A stretch of 45,431 nucleotides of DNA, taken from positions 1 through 45,431 of the forward strand of contig JAHEJH010000002.1 of assembly GCA_024638905.1 (NCBI GenBank), given 5' to 3'. Under the pieces are notes generated by a model. The model had not been told where the DNA came from, made no database searches, and was given only the letters and a program-made list of their open reading frames with translations. Shown one piece after another: positions 28,330 through 36,441 of this stretch. Both the position numbers and the translations under genes were made by a program. The stretch is from Luminiphilus sp. GTDB lineage: Bacteria; Pseudomonadota; Gammaproteobacteria; Pseudomonadales; Halieaceae. Each line of letters starts with the position of its first letter. The first letter of the stretch is position 1.

Positions 28330-29364
28330 TCAGTTTTTCTGCGTCCTTTCAACAATACGCATTACCGCTGCTGCAATCGTCTCGGGCACCTCCTCCTGCA
28401 GAAAATGTCCCGCCTCGGTCTCGGTGACAGGTGCGGCTGGAAACAGTCCCTGCATAACGGGCAGGCCCTTGGCCAGAATGGGGTCGTTCATTCCCCAGAC
28501 CAGCTCTGCCGGAATATCCAATCCCTCCACATAGCGCTCAACGTTCCGCAGCGCAGGCGCACTGGCATGGTCAGGCCCATCTGCCACCATTCGCATGAGC
28601 GCCAGCGTCGCTTTGCCATTGCCGCTGTCCTCGAGGGGACGGCGATAAAGATCCATGACCTCCGGCGGCATCGTAGCCGGATCACCCTGCACCTCTGCCA
28701 AGCGCGCGAAAAATAGGGGAGACAGCGCCTCGACCACCAGTTCCCCAACCAACGGCGTTTTTACCAGCGCATGGGCGCTACTCAGATCCATGGGGGCACG
28801 GGGGGCGCTAAACCCTGTATTCATGATCACAGCGCCTTCCAGCACCCCGGGTGACAGCGACAAGGCTCCCATGCCCACGGGCCCACCCCAATCCTGACCC
28901 ACGTAGACCGCCTCTGTCAGATTGAGTGTCGTCAACACACCGTTCATCCAGCGCATGTGGTTATCGAGGGTGTGTTCACTCGCCGGGATCTTGGTGGAGA
29001 AACCGAGCCCCACCATGGTCGGCATGATGGCTCTAACACGATCCAGGGGCAGGGATTGCGCGACCTTTCGATACAGCAAACCCGTTGTCGGATTTCCATG
29101 TTGGAGGTAGACCGGGTACCCCTGACCGATCTCAAGCACATGGATCTTGATCCCGGGCTCGACCTCGATGAAATAACTTTTGTAGTCATCACTGACTGCG
29201 GCGGCCGCATAATTGGGTAGAGGAAATGCTTCGAACACACCCACTTCCAGTTCAACCTTGCCCTCGCCCTGAGGGATGATGCGCTCGCCGTCGCGCAGTA
29301 ATACCAGGCCAGCCACCACGAATAAGACGACGAGGACGGCCGCTACTTTGAACACTGCTCTCAT
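28330..29364 (-). CDS. Alpha/beta hydrolase, haloalkane dehalogenase-like, with N-terminal membrane anchor or signal
   Basis: HGNPT, GQDWGG nucleophile elbow, WGMND and AGHFLQEE motifs; hydrophobic N-terminus. ATG at 29364 after GAGGTG. Confidence 0.82.
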   Translation of the reverse strand: MRAVFKVAAVLVVLFVVAGLVLLRDGERIIPQGEGKVELEVGVFEAFPLPNYAAAAVSDDYKSYFIEVEPGIKIHVLEIGQGYPVYLQHGNPTTGLLYRKVAQSLPLDRVRAIMPTMVGLGFSTKIPASEHTLDNHMRWMNGVLTTLNLTEAVYVGQDWGGPVGMGALSLSPGVLEGAVIMNTGFSAPRAPMDLSSAHALVKTPLVGELVVEALSPLFFARLAEVQGDPATMPPEVMDLYRRPLEDSGNGKATLALMRMVADGPDHASAPALRNVERYVEGLDIPAELVWGMNDPILAKGLPVMQGLFPAAPVTETEAGHFLQEEVPETIAAAVMRIVERTQKN

Positions 29365-29452
29365 CGCTGACACCTCGTGAACACCCGTTAAATTGGCAGT
29401 TACTATGCCATATTATTTTAACCTGTGAAAAATTGCCGCGGCCCCTCGGGTT

Positions 29453-29472
29453 TTTAGAGGGCAGATTCTAAT
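29453..29472. promoter_or_regulatory. Inverted repeat TTTAGA-N8-TCTAAT upstream of the phasin; candidate PhaD-type operator
   Basis: TTAGA (29454-29458) and TCTAA (29467-29471) are exact complements separated by 8 bp. Confidence 0.5.
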
Positions 29473-29526
29473 TTTCGACGCCACACTGCCGCTCGAATTC
29501 AACACACCTCAACGAGGAGAAATATC

Positions 29527-30009
29527 ATGGCAGAAGCCAAAACCAAAGCAGCACCCAAGGCTGCAGCGAAGAAAGCTGCGGTAAAGAAAGCCCCCGCCAA
29601 GGCCAAAAAGGCCCCAGCGAAGAAAAAGCCGGCCGCCAAAACCAAGGCCAAGGCCAGCACCAAGGCCAAAACCCGAGCGCGACCCAAGGCCATCGATACC
29701 GGCCGCAACGCGCTGCTCGCAGGCCTGGGCGTATACGGCAAGGCCTACGATCAGGTACTGGAGCAGTTCGCCAGTCTGCAGGAGCAGGTTGACGAGGCAC
29801 AAACCCGCCTCAGCGAGCGTCGCAAGCAGGCCGAGGATCTCTACAAGTCATTGGTTAAGCGTGGCACGGCTGTCGAGAAAGAGGCGCTGAAAGCCCTGGC
29901 TGATCTGGAGCTCGACTCACTGGCTGATCGCTCCAAGCTGGAAGCACAGATGAAAAAAGCGAAATCCCGCTTTGACGATCTGAAGACCAAGTTTGGTAAA
30001 GCTGCCTAA
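29527..30009 (+). CDS. Phasin-like PHA granule-associated protein with N-terminal K/A/P-rich histone-like region
   Basis: RNALLAGLGVYGKA resembles the PhaF/PhaI LAGLG signature and is followed by coiled coil with L...LVKRG..VE; strong GAGGAG RBS. Confidence 0.72.
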   Translation: MAEAKTKAAPKAAAKKAAVKKAPAKAKKAPAKKKPAAKTKAKASTKAKTRARPKAIDTGRNALLAGLGVYGKAYDQVLEQFASLQEQVDEAQTRLSERRKQAEDLYKSLVKRGTAVEKEALKALADLELDSLADRSKLEAQMKKAKSRFDDLKTKFGKAA

Positions 30010-30037
30010 ACCCACCTTTTAAAGTCCGTTTTTTTCG

Positions 30038-30060
30038 GGGGAGCGTTGCTCCCCTTTTTT
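30038..30060 (+). terminator. Intrinsic terminator after the phasin gene
   Basis: GGGGAGC-GTT-GCTCCCC-TTTTTT. Confidence 0.85.
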
Positions 30061-30208
30061 ATGGATGTCCCCTTTCAACGCGATGCAGCGGGAACACGTC
30101 AAACCAGGTGCAGATTCACGTGAGCATCGGAAATTCGTTTCAGTAGGCAGCCCGGCCCGCAGTGCGCGGCGCATCGCGCACCGTCTGGGCACGGTACACT
30201 GGGATCCC

Positions 30209-30871
30209 ATGAAAACCGCCGAACGCATTCTGGTCGTCGCTACCGAGCTCTTCAATGAGCGCGGGGAGCGGAATGTCACAGCCAGTGACATCGCACTCGA
30301 GCTGGACATCAGTCCGGGCAATCTTTATTACCACTACAAAGGTAAAGACAACATCCTCTCCTCGCTGTTTTCCCAGTGTTACCGGGAACTCGCGGGCATG
30401 CTGGCGACGCCCATTCTGGAAGACGCCTTTCTCGAGGACAGCAATCCATTGGAGCGGAGCTGGTTGTTTTTGACGGTGCTGATGGAAGTGATGTACCAGT
30501 ACCGCTTCCTGTATTTGAACCAGAGTGATCTCATGCAGCGCTACCCCGAGATTGACCGGGGCATGACGCGCCTGCTGTCACTGAAACGTCAGACCACCCA
30601 GCAACTTGCGGCGGCGCTGCTCGCATGCGTGGATATCAACGATCACCCGCAGCGGCTCGAGCATGTTGCAGACAGCATGGCGATGACGCTGATGTACTGG
30701 CTGAGCTTTGAGCATTTGACCGGGTCACCCCAAACGCCCCAGCAAACTATCCATCGCGCTGTGCTGCAGGTGCTTTCGCACTGTGCGCCATATCTGGGCG
30801 AGCAGCAGACTGACTTTTATCGTGAGTGCGAATTAATCGATGCAAGACTGCTCGATACCCACTCCCCATGA
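30209..30871 (+). CDS. TetR family regulator, PhaD-like
   Basis: MKT..RIL..A..LFN..GE.NV....IA.EL.ISPGNLYYHY.GK and WLFL......YRFL match the recalled Pseudomonas PhaD pattern. ATG at 30209. Confidence 0.82.
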   Translation: MKTAERILVVATELFNERGERNVTASDIALELDISPGNLYYHYKGKDNILSSLFSQCYRELAGMLATPILEDAFLEDSNPLERSWLFLTVLMEVMYQYRFLYLNQSDLMQRYPEIDRGMTRLLSLKRQTTQQLAAALLACVDINDHPQRLEHVADSMAMTLMYWLSFEHLTGSPQTPQQTIHRAVLQVLSHCAPYLGEQQTDFYRECELIDARLLDTHSP

Positions 30872-30949
30872 GTTACTATTCCAAGTCGTCATCGCCCGCG
30901 CCAACACATCCAGCGGGCTGGCCGTTCATTTTGATAAGGAGTTTTTGAT

Positions 30950-31429
30950 ATGACTATTGCCGTAGGAGATTGCATCCCGAGCTGCACGCTATCCGTCATG
31001 GGAGACGAGGGACCCGGTCCCGTCTCAACTTCAGACCTGTTCAACGGCAAGAAAGTCCTGCTGTTTGCCGTGCCGGGGGCCTTCACGCCAGGCTGCTCCA
31101 TGACCCACCTGCCCGGTTATGTGGTCAATGCAGACGCGATCAAGAGCAAGGGCGTCGACAGCATTGTCTGCATGTCAGTCAACGACGCCTTTGTTATGGG
31201 CGCCTGGGGCAAAGCGCAAAATGCCGACGAGATCATCATGCTTGCCGACGGTAATGGCGAACTGACTGCGGCATTGGGTTTAGAGCTGGACGGTTCAGGG
31301 TTTGGTCTGGGGACCCGCAGCCAGCGGTTTGCGATGATCGTAGAGGACGGCAAGGTGACCCACCTCAATATTGAGGAAGGCCCGGGCGTCGACGTGAGCT
31401 CCGCAGAGACCATGATGGGACTGCTCTAA
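30950..31429 (+). CDS. Peroxiredoxin, Prx5-like
   Basis: PGAFTPGCS.THLPG, SVNDAFVMGAW and RSQRF motifs. Confidence 0.93.
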   Translation: MTIAVGDCIPSCTLSVMGDEGPGPVSTSDLFNGKKVLLFAVPGAFTPGCSMTHLPGYVVNADAIKSKGVDSIVCMSVNDAFVMGAWGKAQNADEIIMLADGNGELTAALGLELDGSGFGLGTRSQRFAMIVEDGKVTHLNIEEGPGVDVSSAETMMGLL

Positions 31430-31511
31430 CGCCTTCTCGTGCGTGCGCCATGCGGCTGTGTGGCGCACGATTCACCACCCTAACGCCTCGGGCAAGAAGA
31501 CCATGGACTCG

Positions 31512-32894
31512 CTAGGCCAGCATTCCCCATGCGACCGTGGCGATCACCACAGCCCCGATCAGGTTCAACACGAATCCCTCTCTGACCATGCGTTGGATCG
31601 GTAGCTCCCCGCTACCGAACACGACCGCATTGGGCGCTGTCGCCACCGGCAGCATAAAGGCGCAGCTGGCACTCATTGCAGCCGGCACCATCAGCCACAG
31701 CGGATCCAGCTCAACGGCAAGCGCTACGGCTGCCAATACGGGAAGCAACAGCGCAGTGGTCGCGGTATTGGAGGTCGCCTCGGTTAAAAACGTCACCGCC
31801 AGAGCCAATAGCAGCATCATCAGATAGACAGGTAGAGCCGCTACCGATGTCAGTGCATCACCCACTTGAGCACTGAGCCCAGACGCCACGAAAGCTCTGG
31901 CAAGACAAATACCGCCGCCGAACAACAGCAGAACGCCCCAGGGAATCTGGCTTGCCTGCTGCCACTCGATTAATGGTTCACCTTGCTTGTCCCGAGCAAT
32001 AAAGAGTGCCAACACGGCCAGCAAGGCGACCGAGGCATCATTGGCATTAGGCAAGCCGAACCATGTCTGCCACCCACCGAACGGCTCAGCCCGGGTGATC
32101 CAGGCGAGTGCGGTCAGCGCGAAGATCACGAGCACTCGCCGCTCAGCGCTGCGCCAGGGCCCGACTTCGGGCAGAGAAATGCCGATTTCCCGGGGCAAGG
32201 CGCGCGTGACCCACCACCATGCCAATGGCAACAGCAGCACAACCACCGGCACCCCCCACGACATCCACTCACTGAAGCTAATCGTCTGGCCGGTATTCTC
32301 GGCATAGACCTGCATAAAAATCAGGTTAGGCGGCGTACCGATTGGCGTTCCCAGGCCGCCGATACTGCAGGACCAGGCCAGACCCAGCAGTAGCGGCGCG
32401 GCCAATTGAGCCCGGTCAGAACAGGAAGCCAACACCGCGAGCGCGACCGGCATCAGCATGAGCGCCGAGGCGGTATTGGAGATCCACATGCTCAGGAGTG
32501 CGCCGGCCAACATGAACCCCAGTACCAGCCGATGCGGTCGCTGGCCACCAACCAGATTGACCACCGTGAGGGCCACGCGGTGATGGGCCCCCGTGCTCTC
32601 CATGCCCCGGGACAGCAGAAAGCCACCCATCAACAGAATGATCAGTGGCGAACCGACAGAGGCGCCAACCTGCTCCGCAGTCAATACGCCGGTGACCGGA
32701 AAGACCGCCATCGGCAAAAGCGAGGTCACGGGAATGGGTATGGGCTCGAAGATCCACCAGGCCATACACAGCCAGGCGACGACCGCGGTAATCGTGATCG
32801 ACGGAGGCTGCCCCCCTGACTGCATCAACCATGCGAGCATCGCCGCAGTAAGTAGCCCGGGCCATATGGTTTTTCTGGGGTCCAGATAGGTCAT
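31512..32894 (-). CDS. SLC13/DASS family sodium-coupled anion (dicarboxylate) symporter
   Basis: SMWISNT, TPIGTPPN, TE..SNTAT and AFMLPVATAPNA motifs. Probable ATG at 32894. Confidence 0.9.
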   Translation of the reverse strand: MTYLDPRKTIWPGLLTAAMLAWLMQSGGQPPSITITAVVAWLCMAWWIFEPIPIPVTSLLPMAVFPVTGVLTAEQVGASVGSPLIILLMGGFLLSRGMESTGAHHRVALTVVNLVGGQRPHRLVLGFMLAGALLSMWISNTASALMLMPVALAVLASCSDRAQLAAPLLLGLAWSCSIGGLGTPIGTPPNLIFMQVYAENTGQTISFSEWMSWGVPVVVLLLPLAWWWVTRALPREIGISLPEVGPWRSAERRVLVIFALTALAWITRAEPFGGWQTWFGLPNANDASVALLAVLALFIARDKQGEPLIEWQQASQIPWGVLLLFGGGICLARAFVASGLSAQVGDALTSVAALPVYLMMLLLALAVTFLTEATSNTATTALLLPVLAAVALAVELDPLWLMVPAAMSASCAFMLPVATAPNAVVFGSGELPIQRMVREGFVLNLIGAVVIATVAWGMLA

Positions 32895-32947
32895 AATGTT
32901 CATCTGCTGTATGCTCCCCAACCCGCGCCCTTGTGTAAACTCCCTTG

Positions 32948-33952
32948 ATGTCCTTTGATCGCCCGACACAGCTGATCGATCGTTTCGATCGTCGGATTTC
33001 CTACCTGCGTCTGTCAGTGACAGACCGTTGTGATTTTCGATGCCAGTACTGCATGGCAGAGACCATGGAGTTTTTACCTCGGTCCGAGGTGCTGACCATC
33101 GAGGAACTGCTCAGAACTGCGCGACTGTTTACCGAGTTGGGCGTGCGAAAAATTCGCGTCACCGGTGGTGAACCGCTGATTCGCAGGGGTGTGCATGAGC
33201 TATTCGAGGGACTCGGCGCACTGGAGGGGCTCGACACGCTGGCGCTGACTACTAATGGCAGCCACCTTGCTGACTCTGCTCACGCCCTTCGCGACGCCGG
33301 CGTGAACGCGATTAACATCAGCCTAGACAGCTTGCAGCACGAGCGTTTCAAGACTATTACTCGCATCGGCGATCTCGACACCGTATTGCGGGGCATCGAC
33401 CGCGCCGTGGAATGCGGGTTCGACCGTATCCGGCTGAATGCGGTGATCCTCGACGGCCTGAATCGCGATGAGGTGGTGCCACTCACCCACTACGCACTGA
33501 AAAAGGGTATCCATATTGCCTTCATCGAGGAGATGCCCCTCGGGCAGGTCAATGTGGGCGGCAAGCCCCTGGCCTATGTGTCATCCGACATGCTCCAGAA
33601 GGAGCTGGCCGAGCAGTTTTCGCTGGTACCCATGACCGCCTCGGATACCGCCGGGCCGGCCCGGGATTTTCTGATCGCCGGTTCCCGGACACAAGTAGGT
33701 TTTATTTCACCGCACAGTCATAACTTCTGCGCGCAGTGCAACCGATTGAGAATCAGTGCCGAGGGCCGGCTGCTGATGTGCCTGGGCAACGAGGAGTCCA
33801 TCGACATCAGAGGGCTGCTCCGCGCAGGCAGCACTGATGAAGAGATTAAAACCATTATTATTGAAAGCCTCAGCATCAAGCCCGAGCGTCATGTCTTTGA
33901 CCAGCCCGAGGAACCGCAGATCGTCCGCTTTATGAATGCGACCGGCGGTTGA
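32948..33952 (+). CDS. moaA: GTP 3',8-cyclase MoaA
   Basis: YLRLSVTDRCDFRCQYC, TGGEP, C-terminal C..CNR...C cluster and terminal GG. Confidence 0.95.
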   Translation: MSFDRPTQLIDRFDRRISYLRLSVTDRCDFRCQYCMAETMEFLPRSEVLTIEELLRTARLFTELGVRKIRVTGGEPLIRRGVHELFEGLGALEGLDTLALTTNGSHLADSAHALRDAGVNAINISLDSLQHERFKTITRIGDLDTVLRGIDRAVECGFDRIRLNAVILDGLNRDEVVPLTHYALKKGIHIAFIEEMPLGQVNVGGKPLAYVSSDMLQKELAEQFSLVPMTASDTAGPARDFLIAGSRTQVGFISPHSHNFCAQCNRLRISAEGRLLMCLGNEESIDIRGLLRAGSTDEEIKTIIIESLSIKPERHVFDQPEEPQIVRFMNATGG

Positions 33953-34932
33953 GTACGGGTTCCAATCCCCATAAGCCAAATCGAGAGAATCCCTTGTCCG
34001 ATACCCATTACCCCGCCCTCAGCGATATTGATGCAATCCAGCAGGCTTTCGAGTCCGCGGGGTATATCTGCACAACGCGCATCGCCACTGTCGTTCGGCT
34101 GGCCGCCGCGCTTGAAAAACCGGTGTTGATCGAAGGCCCTCCCGGCGTGGGGAAAACCGAGCTGGCTAAGACCTGTGCGATGGTCGTGGACCGCCCCCTG
34201 GTGCGACTACAGTGCTATGAGGGGCTGGACGAAAGCAAAGCGCTCTATGAGTGGAAATACGGCAAACAGCTCCTGTACACCCAGCTACTAAAGGAACAGC
34301 TAGGAGATGTGCTCGATGGCGCGAAGGGGCTCAACGAGTCCATGAGCCGGCTGCATGAGTTTGGCGATGTGTTCTATTCCGAAGCCTTTTTGGAATCGCG
34401 CCCACTGTTAAAGGCGATGGAAGCAGATAACGGCGGTGTATTGCTCATCGATGAAATCGATAAAGCCGACTTTGAGTTTGAATCGCTGCTTCTGGAAGTA
34501 CTGTCAGATTTTCAGGTTTCCATACCGGAGCTCGGCACTATTCAGGCGCACTCCAAACCCCTGGTTTTCCTGACCAGTAACGACACCCGCGACTTGTCGG
34601 ATGCGCTAAAGCGGCGGTGTCTGCATCTCCATATCCCCTTCCCCTCTGTCGAGCTCGAGGCGCGGATTGTCGCCAGCCGGGTACCGGATCTCGCGCAATC
34701 CATGACCGATCAACTGGTGCGCTTTGTGCATGCCATCCGCTCTCTGGACCTCAAAAAAGCGCCGGCCATCTCGGAGACCGTGGATTGGGCCAAAAGTCTG
34801 GTGTTGCTGCATGCAAACGATCTGGATGGCTCATTGGTTCAGGACACCCTCAACGTGCTGCTCAAGTATGAAGAAGACATTCAGATCGCCGAGGGTCAGT
34901 TACCTAAATTGATGGCTGCCGCCGCAGGCTGA
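33949..34932 (+). CDS. MoxR-family AAA+ ATPase (CoxD-like)
   Basis: EGPPGVGKT, RLQCYEGLD, LLIDEIDKAD and LSDALKRRC motifs. Start uncertain (TTG 33949 or 33994). Confidence 0.88.
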   Translation: MSTGSNPHKPNRENPLSDTHYPALSDIDAIQQAFESAGYICTTRIATVVRLAAALEKPVLIEGPPGVGKTELAKTCAMVVDRPLVRLQCYEGLDESKALYEWKYGKQLLYTQLLKEQLGDVLDGAKGLNESMSRLHEFGDVFYSEAFLESRPLLKAMEADNGGVLLIDEIDKADFEFESLLLEVLSDFQVSIPELGTIQAHSKPLVFLTSNDTRDLSDALKRRCLHLHIPFPSVELEARIVASRVPDLAQSMTDQLVRFVHAIRSLDLKKAPAISETVDWAKSLVLLHANDLDGSLVQDTLNVLLKYEEDIQIAEGQLPKLMAAAAG

Positions 34933-34934
34933 CC

Positions 34935-36359
34935 TTGTCAGTGGACCCTCCCCATACGGCGCGCGCCGCGGCAAGCAGTGATCAGCTGCTGGCCTTTGTG
35001 CAGTACCTGCGGGGGAAGAAGATTCCGGTCTCGCCTGCCGATACCCTCGATGCCATAGAGGTCGCTGAGCTGGTGGGCTACCAGAACCGGTCCCTGCTCA
35101 AAAACGGGCTCGCGGCCGCATTGGCAAAATCTCTCCACGAGTTGAGCGTATTCGAGGCGGCCTTCGACGACTATTTTCAACCCATCCCCGAGCGCCCACC
35201 GGCGGGCGGTCAGTCAGATGTCGAGCCAGAGGGATCCTCAGCAGAACCGCCTGAGCAGGCGCCTCAGATAGACCCGGCAGCCCCGGGTGAGGATCCGCTG
35301 GACGGACTCCGTGGCAATTCGCTCTTTGATGCACTCGAGTCGCAGGATGAGAGCACGCTGTCCGTTGCCATCGAGACGGCCGCGGCAGAAGCCAAGGTCG
35401 AGGAGATTTCGCTGTTTACCCAGCGGGGCCAATACGTGCGCAAAATACTTGACGCGCTGGGTGACGAAGCGCTGCGCGAGGCGGCTATCGAATTCGAACA
35501 AAGCGAGCCCGCTGCCTTTGAAGCGGTTCAAGCTCTGAGAGAGCAACTCCGTGAACGGGTGCGTGATCGCGTGGAGCGCGCCTATTTGATTCATGCGAGT
35601 GCGGCCACCGAGGACCTGCTGGACGAGTCCCTGTCGAAACTGAAACTCGGCAACGTGGATCACAGCCAGATGGCTCGGCTCAAACGATTGATGGACCGCA
35701 TGGCGCGCAAACTCGCCGCGCGGCATGGCCGCCGCAGGCGTCGCTACCGTCGAGGCAAACTGCATGTCGGGGAGACGGTGCGCCGGGCCATCCCTACCGA
35801 TGGCATCCCTTTTCATCCTCGCTGGCGCAAAATCGAGCGAAAGCGGCCTCAGATCATGGCGATATGCGACGTCAGTGGTTCAGTGGCGGCATACGCCAAG
35901 TTCCTGCTGATGTTTCTCTATGCGGTGCAAGACGTGTTGCCACGTACCCGAAGCTTCGCTTTTTCTGCGGCGCTTGGCGAGGTGAGCGACCTGTTCGCCA
36001 CGCTGCCGGTTGAGGAGGCGATCGAACGGGTGAACCTGAAATATGGCGGTGCCACTGATTATGGCCGGGCGCTGCAGGATTTTTCCGAGCTGGCCCTCGC
36101 TGAGGTGAATAGCGCGACCACGGTGATTGTGCTGGGTGACGCGCGAAACAACCAGGCCGATCCGAGGCTGGATCTCCTGGCAGAGGTCAAGGCGCGGGCC
36201 AGGCAGTTAATCTGGCTCAATCCGGAATCCACACGACTCTGGGGCACGGGCGATTCGGAAATGTTACTGGTGAAAAGACACTGTCACTTGGCTAAAGAGT
36301 GTAATAATCTCAACCAGCTGGAGCGTATTATCGACAAGCTGTTGTCAGATAAGCGCTAA
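34935..36359 (+). CDS. VWA domain protein, CoxE-like
   Basis: DVSGS MIDAS motif, GGATDYG, LGDARNN and WLNPE...WGTGDS motifs. Confidence 0.88.
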   Translation: MSVDPPHTARAAASSDQLLAFVQYLRGKKIPVSPADTLDAIEVAELVGYQNRSLLKNGLAAALAKSLHELSVFEAAFDDYFQPIPERPPAGGQSDVEPEGSSAEPPEQAPQIDPAAPGEDPLDGLRGNSLFDALESQDESTLSVAIETAAAEAKVEEISLFTQRGQYVRKILDALGDEALREAAIEFEQSEPAAFEAVQALREQLRERVRDRVERAYLIHASAATEDLLDESLSKLKLGNVDHSQMARLKRLMDRMARKLAARHGRRRRRYRRGKLHVGETVRRAIPTDGIPFHPRWRKIERKRPQIMAICDVSGSVAAYAKFLLMFLYAVQDVLPRTRSFAFSAALGEVSDLFATLPVEEAIERVNLKYGGATDYGRALQDFSELALAEVNSATTVIVLGDARNNQADPRLDLLAEVKARARQLIWLNPESTRLWGTGDSEMLLVKRHCHLAKECNNLNQLERIIDKLLSDKR

Positions 36360-36441
36360 TCTCGGCTGGCCTGGAAGGCTAGCAAGGCACGGCGATTTAC
36401 TCGCAACCACGCACTCTGTGAGTGCGAGAAGAAGAGACATC

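Noticed and set aside
29536-29690. Repetitive DNA (GCCAAG/GCCAAA) as tandem repeat or CRISPR
   Set aside because: Explained by K/A codons of the phasin tail; no repeat-spacer structure and no cas genes.
31442-31469. Hairpin CGTGCGCCA...TGGCGCACG after the peroxiredoxin gene
   Set aside because: No U-tract on either strand and a single copy; at most an RNA-stabilising or weak terminator hairpin.
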